Source of the DNA: Pseudomonadota bacterium
Lineage (GTDB): Bacteria > Pseudomonadota > Alphaproteobacteria > Rhizobiales > Xanthobacteraceae
Length of the DNA: 64,000 bases
Assembly (NCBI GenBank): GCA_040756555.1
Contig: JBFLYS010000006.1
Coordinates: 6,025 to 70,024, forward strand
Direction of reading: 5' to 3'
A model generated the notes under the pieces. The model worked only from the letters and a program-made list of their open reading frames with translations, was not told where the DNA came from and did no database searches. Positions 41,260 through 52,645 of this stretch are shown here, in pieces. The number at the start of each line of letters is the position of its first letter. Position 1 is the first letter of the stretch. Made by a program: the position numbers and the translations under genes.

Positions 41260-42870
41260 ATGAATGGGTTGAGATATAGCCTCGTCGTGCTGCTTCTGGC
41301 AGTCGCGATGGCGCTGAGTGGCGCCGCCGCGCGTGCCGCAGATCTGGTCGAGCCGCTCGAAAAGTTTCTGACGGACGATTTCAGCGACACCGCCGATGGC
41401 ATCATGGCGGTTGCGGCGAGCGGCGATCCGCGCGCCCAAACGATTATCGAGGCCTTGCAGAACGGCAAGCTGGTCTACAGCGCCGAAGCCAAAAAGGTCT
41501 TCTACAAAGACACGGCCGACAAGCTGATCGACGCTGCGACCGGACAGCCCGCCGCGGGCGCTCCGCCGGGCGATCTCGAAACGGTCCGCATCAACAACCG
41601 CATTCGCCGCACCATCGACGCGGCGCTCGGCAGCCTCACACTGATGGCGCCCGACCCCGGCAAGCGCCTTGCGGCCGCGCAAGCCGTGTTCAAATCGCGC
41701 GATGCCGGCGCGCTCGAAGCGCTGGAAGCCGCGATCGAGAAGGAAAGCAGCGCCAGCATCAAGAAGGCGATGAACGAGGCCCGCGCCGCGATCATCCTGA
41801 ACAAGGAGGACGCCACCGAATCCGACAAGCTGGACGCCGTCGCGGTGATCCGCCAGCGCGCCGATCAGGACTCGATGGCGTTGCTCGGTGGTCTGCCGAG
41901 CGACAGCCCAGGGTCGGTGCTGAAGGCCTCCAAGGACGCGATGGCCTCGATGCAGAGCAATCTTGCGGTGTGGTCGGCACTGCAGAATGCCTGGTACGGC
42001 ATCTCGCTCGGCTCGGTGCTGCTGCTCGCCGCCATCGGCCTTGCCATCACCTTCGGAGTGATGGGCGTCATCAACATGGCGCACGGCGAGATGGTGATGA
42101 TCGGCGCCTACACCACCTTCGTCGTGCAGGAGCTGATCCGCACTTACAATCCGGCGCTGTTCGACTATTCGTTGCTGATCGCCGTGCCGCTCGCCTTCGT
42201 CGTTGCGGGCTTCATCGGTATCCTGATCGAGCAGAGCATCATCCGTTTCCTTTACGGGCGCCCGCTGGAAACTTTGCTCGCGACCTGGGGACTCTCGCTG
42301 GTGCTGCAACAGGCGGTGCGAACCGCCTTCGGCCCGACCAACCGCGAGGTCGGCAATCCGTCGTGGATGTCAGGCGCCTTTGAGATCGGCCAGATCAACA
42401 TCACCTACGGCCGCCTCTGGATCATCGTCTTCACGATGGCGGTGTTCGTCGGGCTGCTGGCGCTGCTTCGCTTCACCCGCCTCGGCCTTGAGATGCGCGC
42501 GGTGACGCAAAACCGCTCGATGGCGGCGTCGATGGGCATTCGCACCAGCCGGGTCGATGCGCTGACCTTCGGTCTCGGTTCCGGCATCGCCGGCATCGCG
42601 GGCGTCGCGCTCTCGCAGATCGACAACGTCAGCCCGAACCTCGGTCAGGGCTATATCATCGACAGTTTCATGGTCGTTGTGTTCGGCGGCGTCGGCAATC
42701 TCTGGGGCACGCTGGTCGGCGCCTTCACGCTCGGCATCGCCAACAAGTTCTTGGAGCCATACGCGGGCGCCGTTCTCGGCAAGATCGCGATCCTGGTGCT
42801 GATCATCCTGTTCATCCAGAAACGCCCGCGCGGTCTCTTTGCACTCAAGGGCAGGGCGGTTGAAGCATGA
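41260..42870 (+). CDS. urtB: Urea ABC transporter permease UrtB
   Basis: N-terminal periplasmic extension, then GLAITFGVMGVINMAHGE and RPLETLLATWG. Confidence 0.95.
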   Translation: MNGLRYSLVVLLLAVAMALSGAAARAADLVEPLEKFLTDDFSDTADGIMAVAASGDPRAQTIIEALQNGKLVYSAEAKKVFYKDTADKLIDAATGQPAAGAPPGDLETVRINNRIRRTIDAALGSLTLMAPDPGKRLAAAQAVFKSRDAGALEALEAAIEKESSASIKKAMNEARAAIILNKEDATESDKLDAVAVIRQRADQDSMALLGGLPSDSPGSVLKASKDAMASMQSNLAVWSALQNAWYGISLGSVLLLAAIGLAITFGVMGVINMAHGEMVMIGAYTTFVVQELIRTYNPALFDYSLLIAVPLAFVVAGFIGILIEQSIIRFLYGRPLETLLATWGLSLVLQQAVRTAFGPTNREVGNPSWMSGAFEIGQINITYGRLWIIVFTMAVFVGLLALLRFTRLGLEMRAVTQNRSMAASMGIRTSRVDALTFGLGSGIAGIAGVALSQIDNVSPNLGQGYIIDSFMVVVFGGVGNLWGTLVGAFTLGIANKFLEPYAGAVLGKIAILVLIILFIQKRPRGLFALKGRAVEA

Positions 42871-44012
42871 CCGGCGCAGCCCCGCTCACCCGCATACTCG
42901 ACCGCGGCTCGACGCTGTTCCTGTCGACGTTGTGCGCGCTCGGCATTCTCATTCCGCTCTCGAATCTGCTGTTGCCGGAGACGTCGGCCTTCCACGTGCC
43001 GACGTATCTCGTGCCGCTCCTCGGCAAATACGTTTGCTACGCGATCCTCGCGCTCTCCATCGATCTGATCTGGGGCTATTGCGGAATTCTCTCGCTCGGC
43101 CACGGCGCGTTCTTCGCGCTCGGCGGCTACGCCATGGGCATGTACCTGATGCGCCAGATCGGTACCCGTGGCGTCTATGCCGATCCGATCCTACCGGACT
43201 TCATGGTGTTCCTGAACTGGAAGGAGCTTCCGGTCTTCTGGTACGGCTTCCAGCACTTCCCTTATGCGCTGCTGATGATCGTGTTGGTGCCCGGCGTATT
43301 GGCCTTCGTGTTCGGCTGGTTCGCGTTTCGCTCGCGCGTCACCGGCGTCTATCTGTCGATCATCACGCAGGCGCTGACCTACGCGTTGCTGCTTGGCTTC
43401 TTCCGCAACAACTTCGGCTTCGGCGGCAACAACGGCCTGACAGACTTCAAGGACATTCTCGGCTTCAACATCCAGTCGCAGGCCACGCGCGCGTCGCTGT
43501 TCGCGATCTCGTGCCTCGCGCTTCTTGTCGGCTTCCTGATCTGCCGCGGATTGGTCACTTCGAAGTTCGGCAAGGTGCTGGTCGCGATTCGCGACGCCGA
43601 GCCGCGCACGCGCTTCCTCGGCTATCGCGCGGAATCCTACAAGCTGTTCGTGTTCACGCTATCGGCCTGCATGGCTGGCGTCGCCGGTGCGCTTTACGTG
43701 CCGCAGGTCGGCATCATCAATCCGAGCGAATTCTCGCCGGCCAACTCCATCGAGGCGGTGATCTGGGTCGCGGTCGGCGGACGCGGCACGCTGATCGGCG
43801 CGGTGATCGGTGCGCTGGTCGTGAACTACGGCAAGACCACCTTCACCAGCGGATTCCTCGCGCCGTACTGGCTGTTCGTGCTCGGCGGCCTGTTCATCCT
43901 GGTGACGCTGTTCCTGCCCAAGGGCATCGTCGGCACGTTCCGCGAATACTGGCCGCGCCTGCGCAAGAGGCCCGAGCCTGCGGCTGAACCCGCACCGAAA
44001 CCGGCGGAGTGA
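42867..44012 (+). CDS. urtC: Urea ABC transporter permease UrtC
   Basis: DLIWGYCGILSLGHG, GVYLSIITQA, GFGGNNGLTDF, VAVGGRGTL. Confidence 0.95.
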   Translation: MTGAAPLTRILDRGSTLFLSTLCALGILIPLSNLLLPETSAFHVPTYLVPLLGKYVCYAILALSIDLIWGYCGILSLGHGAFFALGGYAMGMYLMRQIGTRGVYADPILPDFMVFLNWKELPVFWYGFQHFPYALLMIVLVPGVLAFVFGWFAFRSRVTGVYLSIITQALTYALLLGFFRNNFGFGGNNGLTDFKDILGFNIQSQATRASLFAISCLALLVGFLICRGLVTSKFGKVLVAIRDAEPRTRFLGYRAESYKLFVFTLSACMAGVAGALYVPQVGIINPSEFSPANSIEAVIWVAVGGRGTLIGAVIGALVVNYGKTTFTSGFLAPYWLFVLGGLFILVTLFLPKGIVGTFREYWPRLRKRPEPAAEPAPKPAE

Positions 44013-44015
44013 CCG

Positions 44016-44777
44016 ATGGAAGCCCGCACTGCGACAACCACGGCGCTCCTCTACCTCAACGGCATCAACGTGTCGTTCGACGGCTTCCGCGCGCTGAACA
44101 ATCTGTCGCTGTCGGTCGCGCCCGGCGAGATGCGCGCGATCATCGGCCCGAACGGCGCCGGCAAGACCACCATGATGGACGTCGTCACCGGCAAGACGCG
44201 CCCCGACAACGGCGATGTGTTCTTCGAGGGCGGCGCACATGATCTCTCCAAGCTCGACGAGACCCAGATCGCGATGCTCGGCATCGGCCGCAAATTCCAG
44301 AAGCCGACCGTGTTCGAAATGCACACCGTCGAGGACAATCTTCTCCTCGCGCTCAAGGATGACCGCCGTCCGCTGGCGACCATTCGCTGGGATGAGACCC
44401 CCGACGCGATGACGCGGATCGGCAAGATCCTCGACACCATCCGCCTGTCGCCTTTGCGTAACCGCCCAGCCGGTTCGCTCGCGCACGGCCAGAAGCAGTG
44501 GCTCGAGATCGGAATGCTGCTGGCGCAGGAGCCGAAGCTTCTCCTGGTCGACGAGCCGGTCGCCGGCATGACCGACGTCGAGACGGCGCAGACTGCCGAG
44601 CTTCTGAAGGAGATCAACAAGGAAAAGACGATCATCGTCGTCGAGCACGACATGACCTTCGTGCGCGAGCTCGGCGTCAAGGTCACCTGTCTGCACGAAG
44701 GCCACGCCATCGCCGAAGGCACCATCGATCAGGTGTCGTCGAACGAGCGCGTCATTGAAGTCTATCTCGGGCGTTGA
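44016..44777 (+). CDS. urtD: Urea ABC transporter ATP-binding protein UrtD
   Basis: GPNGAGKT, GIGRKFQKP, HGQKQWLEIGM, VVEHDM. Confidence 0.95.
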   Translation: MEARTATTTALLYLNGINVSFDGFRALNNLSLSVAPGEMRAIIGPNGAGKTTMMDVVTGKTRPDNGDVFFEGGAHDLSKLDETQIAMLGIGRKFQKPTVFEMHTVEDNLLLALKDDRRPLATIRWDETPDAMTRIGKILDTIRLSPLRNRPAGSLAHGQKQWLEIGMLLAQEPKLLLVDEPVAGMTDVETAQTAELLKEINKEKTIIVVEHDMTFVRELGVKVTCLHEGHAIAEGTIDQVSSNERVIEVYLGR

Positions 44778-44779
44778 CC

Positions 44780-45475
44780 ATGTTGGACATCAAGGCCATC
44801 GATCTTCACTACGGCGCGGCGCAGGCCCTGCGCGGCGTTTCGCTCAAAGCAGAGCCGGGGCAGGTGACCTGCGTGCTCGGGCGGAACGGCGTCGGCAAGA
44901 CCAGCCTGCTCGACGCGCTCGCCGGCCAGCAGCCGGTGAGCCACGGCAGTATCGTCTGGGAGGACCAGGACATCACCAAGCTCAAGCCTTACGAACGCGC
45001 GCGGCGCGGCATCGCCTATGTGCCCCAGGGCCGCGAGATCTTCCCGTTGCTCACCGTCGAGGAAAACCTCAAGACCGGTTTTGCGCCGCTTCACCGCGAC
45101 CAGCATGATATCCCTGAGGACGTGTTCAACCTGTTCCCGGTGCTGAAGGACATGCTCCGTCGCCGTGGCGGCGACCTTTCCGGCGGCCAGCAGCAGCAGC
45201 TTGCCATCGGTCGCGCCTTGGTGATGCGCCCGCGGCTCCTTCTGCTCGACGAGCCGACCGAGGGCATCCAGCCCTCGATCATCAAGGACATCGGTCGCGC
45301 GATCACGTATCTGCGGGGGCTCGGTAAGATGGCCGTTGTGCTGGTCGAGCAGTATCTCGACTTCGCGAGCGAATTGGGCGACCGTTTCGTCGTGATGGAC
45401 CGCGGCTCGATTGTTTATTCGTCGGATCGTGTCGGACTGGACGAGAACGCGCTCAAGCGGGCGATGGCGATCTGA
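44780..45475 (+). CDS. urtE: Urea ABC transporter ATP-binding protein UrtE
   Basis: GRNGVGKT, YVPQGREIFP, LSGGQQQQ, DEPTEGIQPSII. Confidence 0.95.
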   Translation: MLDIKAIDLHYGAAQALRGVSLKAEPGQVTCVLGRNGVGKTSLLDALAGQQPVSHGSIVWEDQDITKLKPYERARRGIAYVPQGREIFPLLTVEENLKTGFAPLHRDQHDIPEDVFNLFPVLKDMLRRRGGDLSGGQQQQLAIGRALVMRPRLLLLDEPTEGIQPSIIKDIGRAITYLRGLGKMAVVLVEQYLDFASELGDRFVVMDRGSIVYSSDRVGLDENALKRAMAI

Positions 45476-45489
45476 GTTGGTTTGGTGTC

Positions 45490-46311
45490 ATGAGTGCGGC
45501 GACAGCCCTCAACAAGGTCTTTGCGGCGAACCGCTCAGCGGGCCGCCTCGCTTTGACCGTCGCGGCGGCCGATGGCGTGACGCGCAGGAAGCGCGTCTAT
45601 GAGGATGGCCCGCTGCGCGCGCGTTTCCCCAACCATGACGGCGCGGCGCTTGAAGCCGTGATGGTCAACACTGCGGGCGGCATCGCCGGCGGCGACACCC
45701 ACGATCTCGACATTTCGGTCGGCGAGGACGCGGCGCTGACGGTTACGACCGCGGCGGCCGAGAAGGTCTATCGTGCGCTCGATGATGCCGCTGAGATTTC
45801 CGTGAAGCTCTCCGCAGTGCCCGGCGCGCGGCTCCTCTGGGTGCCGCAAGAGACGATCCTGTTCGACCGTGCGCGCCTTAACCGCACCATCGACATCGAC
45901 ATGACCGGCAATGCCTCGGCGGTGGTGGCCGAGTCCGTCACTTTCGGCCGCACCGCCATGGGTGAGACGATTCAGCAGGGCTCGTTCACCGACCGCTGGC
46001 GTCTGCGCCGCGACGGCAAGCTCGTCTTCGCCGAGACGATTAGGCTCGACGGCGCCATCGCGCAGAAGCTTGCAGAACCCGCCGTGGCCAATGGCGGCGT
46101 CGCTATCGCGACCGTTCTCATTGCGCCGGGCGACGACGCGATGGTCGAGCGCGTGCGCGCGCAAACTTTCTGTGGCGAGACGGGCATCTCCTGCTGGAAC
46201 GGCCTTGCGGTGGCCCGTCTCTGCGCCAAGGATGGCTTAACGCTCCGCCGCGATCTCGTCGCCGTGCTCACCGCGCTCGGCACCCCGCTGCCGCGGATCT
46301 GGCTCAACTAG
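45490..46311 (+). CDS. ureD: Urease accessory protein UreD
   Basis: [40 protein letters not shown]. Confidence 0.93.
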   Translation: MSAATALNKVFAANRSAGRLALTVAAADGVTRRKRVYEDGPLRARFPNHDGAALEAVMVNTAGGIAGGDTHDLDISVGEDAALTVTTAAAEKVYRALDDAAEISVKLSAVPGARLLWVPQETILFDRARLNRTIDIDMTGNASAVVAESVTFGRTAMGETIQQGSFTDRWRLRRDGKLVFAETIRLDGAIAQKLAEPAVANGGVAIATVLIAPGDDAMVERVRAQTFCGETGISCWNGLAVARLCAKDGLTLRRDLVAVLTALGTPLPRIWLN

Positions 46312-46322
46312 AGGCGCGTTCG

Positions 46323-46625
46323 ATGAATCTCACCCCGCGCGAGAAAGACAAGCTGCTGATTGCGATGGCCGCCATTGTCGCGCGCCGCCGCCTCGAACGC
46401 GGCGTGAAGCTGAACCATCCGGAAGCGGTCGCGCTGATCACCGATTTCATCCTCGAAGGCGCGCGCGACGGCAGGACCGTGGCGCAGCTCATGGAGGCGG
46501 GCGCCCATGTTATCACCCGCGCACAAGTGATGGATGGCATCCCCGAGATGATCCACGACATCCAGGTCGAGGCCACGTTCCCCGACGGCACCAAGCTCGT
46601 CACCGTCCACGATCCGATCAGGTGA
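46323..46625 (+). CDS. ureA: Urease gamma subunit
   Basis: [11 protein letters not shown]...[14 protein letters not shown]. Confidence 0.98.
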   Translation: MNLTPREKDKLLIAMAAIVARRRLERGVKLNHPEAVALITDFILEGARDGRTVAQLMEAGAHVITRAQVMDGIPEMIHDIQVEATFPDGTKLVTVHDPIR

Positions 46626-46641
46626 GCCCAAGGTAAGCACA

Positions 46642-46947
46642 ATGATCCCCGGCGAAATGTTCATTCAGGACGGCGAGATCGAGCTCAACGCGGGTCGCAA
46701 GACCCTCACGCTCACGGTGTCGAACACCGGCGACCGCCCCATTCAGGTCGGCTCGCACTACCACTTCTTCGAAACCAATCCGGCGCTGAAGTTCGAGCGC
46801 AAGAAGGCGCGTGGCATGCGGCTCGACATCGCGGCGGGCACCGCCGTGCGCTTCGAACCCGGCCAGAGCCGCGAGGTGACGCTCGTTGCGCTCGCGGGCG
46901 CGCGCAAGGTTTACGGCTTCCGCCAGGACGTGATGGGCAAGCTTTAA
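46642..46947 (+). CDS. ureB: Urease beta subunit
   Basis: [29 protein letters not shown]. Confidence 0.98.
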   Translation: MIPGEMFIQDGEIELNAGRKTLTLTVSNTGDRPIQVGSHYHFFETNPALKFERKKARGMRLDIAAGTAVRFEPGQSREVTLVALAGARKVYGFRQDVMGKL

Positions 46948-46956
46948 GGGGCTCCG

Positions 46957-48666
<1,710 letters not shown>

Positions 48667-48688
48667 AATGGCAGTGAAGCGCAGACGC

Positions 48689-49138
48689 CTACTTGGTCTT
48701 GGTCCAGATCTCGGAGCCGCAGAATGCGCCGGCGCAGCCGCGCACCTCGAGCTTGTCCTTTTCCGGCACCTTGATCCTGGCGTCGTATTCGTTGCCGTCG
48801 TCGGCGTTGTAGATCTTGCCGCTCCAGGTTTCCGGCTCGCTGAGTGTCATTGAGAAGATGCGAAGCCCGATGATCTTCCGGTTCTGCAACTCGGGATTCT
48901 TGTTCTTGTCGTCCACCTGCGGCTTGCCGGTCTTCGGATCGATCGGTTCCTTGAGCCAGGTCACGGCACCGCAAACGGTGTCCTTGCCGCACTTGGCAAC
49001 GCGGATTTTGGCGTCCTTGTCCTGGGTCAGCCACAATCCGGTCGGATCGGCCGCTAAGGCGGGCAAGCTGACAACGGGCAAGCTGATAAAGAGGGTGGCT
49101 GCTGCCAAAACAGCGGCGCGGCCGAATTGAGCGGGCAT
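48689..49138 (-). CDS. DUF2147 family secreted protein
   Basis: Signal peptide; DPTGLWLT, CG...W, DDKNKNPELQNR.IIG, GKIYNADDG, LEVRGC. Confidence 0.85.
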   Translation of the reverse strand: MPAQFGRAAVLAAATLFISLPVVSLPALAADPTGLWLTQDKDAKIRVAKCGKDTVCGAVTWLKEPIDPKTGKPQVDDKNKNPELQNRKIIGLRIFSMTLSEPETWSGKIYNADDGNEYDARIKVPEKDKLEVRGCAGAFCGSEIWTKTK

Positions 49139-49266
49139 GGGATTCTCGAAACGCTTGAATATCAGTGGTCAGCGATGTGGTTGCTCTTGCCGTACCGCAC
49201 AAGGGCGACTTGGCGCAATGCCTATAGACGCTCCAATTGTCGCGGATGTAAAATTGTGAATTCCGC

Positions 49267-49725
49267 ATGAAACGGGCTGTCAGTATCAAACGTGCAGCCG
49301 AATGGGACAAGTCCCAGGCGGTCGATCGCGTCGTGCTGGATGCCGACGACCGCAACCGGCGCCGTATCGTTCTGAACTGCGAAAGCGGCACCCGTTTCCT
49401 GCTTGATCTCCCAAAACCGGAGACGTTGCGCGACGGCGACGGGCTGGTGCTGGATGACGGCGCGATCGTCTGCGTTGCCGGCTTGTCCGAACCGCTTCTG
49501 GAGATTTCCGCGAGGACCCCGCTCGCCCTGGTGCGGCTCGCCTGGCATCTCGGCAACCGTCACACCGACGTCCAGATCGCGGGCGAGCGGCTTCGCATCC
49601 GTTACGATCACGTTCTGGAGGAGATGGTCGCCGGGCTCGGCGCGACGGTGCTCCCGCTCAGCGCACCGTTCGATCCCGAGGCCGGCGCGCCGCAGCACGA
49701 TCGCGGGCATCGTCATGGTCCGTAA
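49267..49725 (+). CDS. ureE: Urease accessory protein UreE
   Basis: [39 protein letters not shown]; very short His tail. Confidence 0.94.
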   Translation: MKRAVSIKRAAEWDKSQAVDRVVLDADDRNRRRIVLNCESGTRFLLDLPKPETLRDGDGLVLDDGAIVCVAGLSEPLLEISARTPLALVRLAWHLGNRHTDVQIAGERLRIRYDHVLEEMVAGLGATVLPLSAPFDPEAGAPQHDRGHRHGP

Positions 49726-50512
49726 ACGCAGCGTGCCGTTGAAGAAGAAGGGTGATGAGGCTCGTCGCCTCTCCCCGCGTGCAGGGCGAGGTCGGCTTGC
49801 ACGCGAAGCGCGGAAGCCGGGTGAGGGGGACTCTCCGCATACGGCGCTCTATCGTTTGATGGCCTGGCTGTCGCCCGCCTATCCGGTCGGCGCGTTCTCC
49901 TATTCCAGCGGCATCGAGTGGGCCGTCGAGACCGGCGATATCAAGGACGCCGAAAGCCTCAAGCGCTGGCTCACGGTGGTGATCGGCGAAGGCGGTGGCT
50001 TCTGCGACGCAGTGTTCTTTGTTCATGCGCATGCGGCGATTATCGCGGAGAACGACAAGGTGTTGCGCGATGTTGCCGAGCTTGCGGCGGCCTTCGCACC
50101 CTCGAAAGAGCGTCATCTGGAAACGACCGCGCAAGGCCGAGCGTTCTTTGAGGCAACGAAGGCTGCGTGGACATGTGCGGCACTCGATCGTCTCGCCGCA
50201 GCATGGGACGGCGATCTGGCTTATCCGGTCGCGGTTGGCGTTGCGACCGCCGGGCACGGTATCGCGGTGGGCGCGGGGCTCCACGCTTATCTCCATGCAG
50301 TCACTGCCAATCTCATCTCGGCAGGCGTGCGTCTCGTCCCGCTCGGTCAGACCGACGGCCAGCGCGTGCTCGCGGCGCTTGAGCCAGTCGTCGCGGCGAC
50401 CGCACAGCGTGCGCTCACGACAAAACTCGACGACGTATCGAGCGCGGCGCTCCGCGCCGATCTCGCCAGCCTTCACCACGAAACCCAGTACACGAGGTTG
50501 TTCCGTTCATGA
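49715..50512 (+). CDS. ureF: Urease accessory protein UreF
   Basis: [43 protein letters not shown]; ATG 49715 overlaps the ureE end (start uncertain). Confidence 0.93.
   Translation: MVRKRSVPLKKKGDEARRLSPRAGRGRLAREARKPGEGDSPHTALYRLMAWLSPAYPVGAFSYSSGIEWAVETGDIKDAESLKRWLTVVIGEGGGFCDAVFFVHAHAAIIAENDKVLRDVAELAAAFAPSKERHLETTAQGRAFFEATKAAWTCAALDRLAAAWDGDLAYPVAVGVATAGHGIAVGAGLHAYLHAVTANLISAGVRLVPLGQTDGQRVLAALEPVVAATAQRALTTKLDDVSSAALRADLASLHHETQYTRLFRS
49768..49829. repeat. Palindromic repeat (CCTCTCCCC...GGGTGAGGGG type) inside the ureF 5' region
   Basis: cctctccccgcgtgcagggcgagg...cggctt-N15-aagccg-ggtgagggg; resembles a usually intergenic alphaproteobacterial repeat. Confidence 0.65.
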
Positions 50513-51129
50513 GCACGTCCACCCACGGCCCCCTGCGTGTCGGAGTCGGCGGCCCAGTCGGTTCCGGCAAGACCGCGCTGATGGATGCGCTGTGCAAGCG
50601 CCTGCGCGACCGCTTCCAGATCGCGGCGATCACCAACGACATCTACACCAAGTGGGACGCCGAATATCTGGTGCGCTCCGGTGCGCTCGCGCCCGAGCGC
50701 ATCGCGGGCGTCGAGACCGGCGGCTGTCCGCATACGGCGATCCGTGAGGACGCCTCGATCAATCTTGCCGCGGTCGCCGACATGCGGAAGAAATTTCCCG
50801 ATCTCGATCTGGTTCTGATCGAATCCGGCGGCGACAACCTCGCTGCGACCTTCTCGCCGGAATTGGCCGACATCACGATCTATGTGATCGACGTCGCGGC
50901 GGGAGAGAAGATCCCGTCCAAGGGTGGTCCCGGCATCACGCGTTCGGACCTGCTCGTCATCAACAAGGTTGATCTCGCGCCCTACGTCGGCGCCTCGCTC
51001 GAGGTGATGCAGCGCGACGCCAAGAAGATGCGTGGCGCGCGGCCGTTCGTGATGAGCAATCTGAAGACCGGCGACGGCATCGCCGACATCGCGAAGTTCA
51101 TCGAAGAGAAGGGCGGGCTGGGGGCGTAA
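50509..51129 (+). CDS. ureG: Urease accessory GTPase UreG
   Basis: [27 protein letters not shown]. Confidence 0.98.
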   Translation: MSTSTHGPLRVGVGGPVGSGKTALMDALCKRLRDRFQIAAITNDIYTKWDAEYLVRSGALAPERIAGVETGGCPHTAIREDASINLAAVADMRKKFPDLDLVLIESGGDNLAATFSPELADITIYVIDVAAGEKIPSKGGPGITRSDLLVINKVDLAPYVGASLEVMQRDAKKMRGARPFVMSNLKTGDGIADIAKFIEEKGGLGA

Positions 51130-51161
51130 CGCGACCCGCGCGAAAAATCGCTCCCCGCTCC

Positions 51162-51189
51162 TTGACTTTATTCCCAAGGACTATATTCT
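51162..51189 (+). promoter_or_regulatory. Sigma70-like promoter with no downstream + strand gene
   Basis: TTGACT-N16-TATTCT in an AT-rich patch just upstream of the structured region. Confidence 0.6.
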
Positions 51190-51194
51190 CTAGT

Positions 51195-51620
51195 CGCCTT
51201 GTTCATCCGAGGGCGTCTTCTAGGGACGCTTGGAAGGCGGAGCAGGGGGCGGAAGCCTGCGTGCCGGTCTCGTAAGCCGGCCCCCGGGCGGCTCCGGGCA
51301 TCGAGTCGGGTGGCATTAGGACCGCTCTGCGAGGTGCTCGCTGGACTGGGACAGGGTGCAGAAGCCCACGTCCCAGGAAACCCGGCCCGGAGCTGAGGCG
51401 ACCGAAGAGGTTGCCGGAAGTGCCGCGATGGGGCGCTGGGTGGCGAGCGTGTCTTTCGAGCGAAAAGACACGACACGCCGCTGAGGCGTGAATTGATGGT
51501 TGCGCTGCTCAGCGCTCCATCCCCTCGGATTTTGTCCGAAGGGAAAAGAGGAAGACGGCGGCCGGGCGCCGAAGCGATCCCCGGAGCGATTTGCCGTGGC
51601 TGTTTGACAAGTGAATCAGA
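51195..51620 (+). ncRNA. Candidate large structured non-coding RNA or RNA-like repeat element (family unknown)
   Basis: No credible ORF. About ten helices, including a 19-bp helix 51427-51445/51503-51521 with 4 G.U pairs and a perfect 9-bp helix 51291-51299/51385-51393; upstream promoter. Confidence 0.6.
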
Positions 51621-51705
51621 AATTCACAACGCGAGGCAGCGTCTCGCGTCAAACCACACGCTCATCTCCGAGAGCGAATGCCGCGGGGACAACAACGGAG
51701 TTCGT

Positions 51706-52497
51706 TCAGCGCTTCCCGGTGTAATTCGGCTTCCGCTTCGCCAGGAACGCCTTCACGCCTTCCTTGTAATCCTCGTGCGAGCCGGCCTGACGCTGGAGGT
51801 TCTTCTCCAGATCGAGCTGCGTCTTCAAATCGTTGTCCTCCGACGCATCCATCGCGCGCTTGATCAATCCCAATCCAACCGTCGGGGCGGTCGCGAAATG
51901 CGCGCAAAGCTTTTCCGCCTCGCTCATCAGCAATTCGTCATCGACCGCCTTCCAGATCAGCCCCCATTGCTCGGCCTTCTCAGCCGTCAAAGGCTCCGCA
52001 AGCAGCGCCAGCCCACGCGCCCGAGCCTGACCGACCAGCCGCGGCAACAGCCACGTTCCGCCCGCGTCCGGCACCAATCCAATGCGTGCGAACACCTGCG
52101 TGAAGGTCGCGCTCCGCGCCGCCAGGACGATGTCGCAAGCGAGCGCGATGTTGAGGCCCGCGCCGGCCGCAATGCCCGGCACCGCCGCGACCACTGGGAA
52201 GGGCAGCGCGCGTAATTTCAGAACGAGAGGATTGTAATATTTCTCCAGCGCCTCGCCGGGCACGACCACATTGCCGTCCGCCGTGATGCGCTCGTTCAAG
52301 TCCTGCCCGGAACAGAACGCGCGCCCCGCGCCGGTGAGCAGCAGCGCGCGGCAGCTCTTGTCCTGTTCCGCATCGGCAACGGCCTTGGACAGCACCTGAT
52401 GCATCTCGGTGGTGAAAGCATTGAGCCGCTTCGGCCGGTTCAGCGTGATGACGCGATAGCCGTCGCGCATCTCGGTGAGAATGGGGCTTTCGTCCAT
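51706..52497 (-). CDS. paaG: Enoyl-CoA hydratase/isomerase, PaaG-like
   Basis: LNRPKRLNAF, RAFCSGQDL, YYNPLV, AAGAGLNIALACD, GLVPDAGGTWLLPRLVG. Confidence 0.8.
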   Translation of the reverse strand: MDESPILTEMRDGYRVITLNRPKRLNAFTTEMHQVLSKAVADAEQDKSCRALLLTGAGRAFCSGQDLNERITADGNVVVPGEALEKYYNPLVLKLRALPFPVVAAVPGIAAGAGLNIALACDIVLAARSATFTQVFARIGLVPDAGGTWLLPRLVGQARARGLALLAEPLTAEKAEQWGLIWKAVDDELLMSEAEKLCAHFATAPTVGLGLIKRAMDASEDNDLKTQLDLEKNLQRQAGSHEDYKEGVKAFLAKRKPNYTGKR

Positions 52498-52645
52498 GCG
52501 GCGCTCCCAAAGAAAGCAAAAAGGGCGGCGCTTCGCCGCGTGCTGCACTGCCGTGATACGTCGGCCCCCGACGGATTGCTAGTTCCCGGGGAAGGGGGAT
52601 TTACGCTAGTTTCCAGCCCAACCATAAGCTGGAGGAACGCCCCTG

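Noticed and set aside
51195-51620. RNase P, tmRNA, 6S, SRP, group II intron, or the small ORFs 51168-51476 and 51199-51396
   Set aside because: No GAGGAAAGUCC (RNase P), tRNA-like ends or domain V motif found by eye; the ORFs are R/P/A-rich and lack an RBS or motifs.
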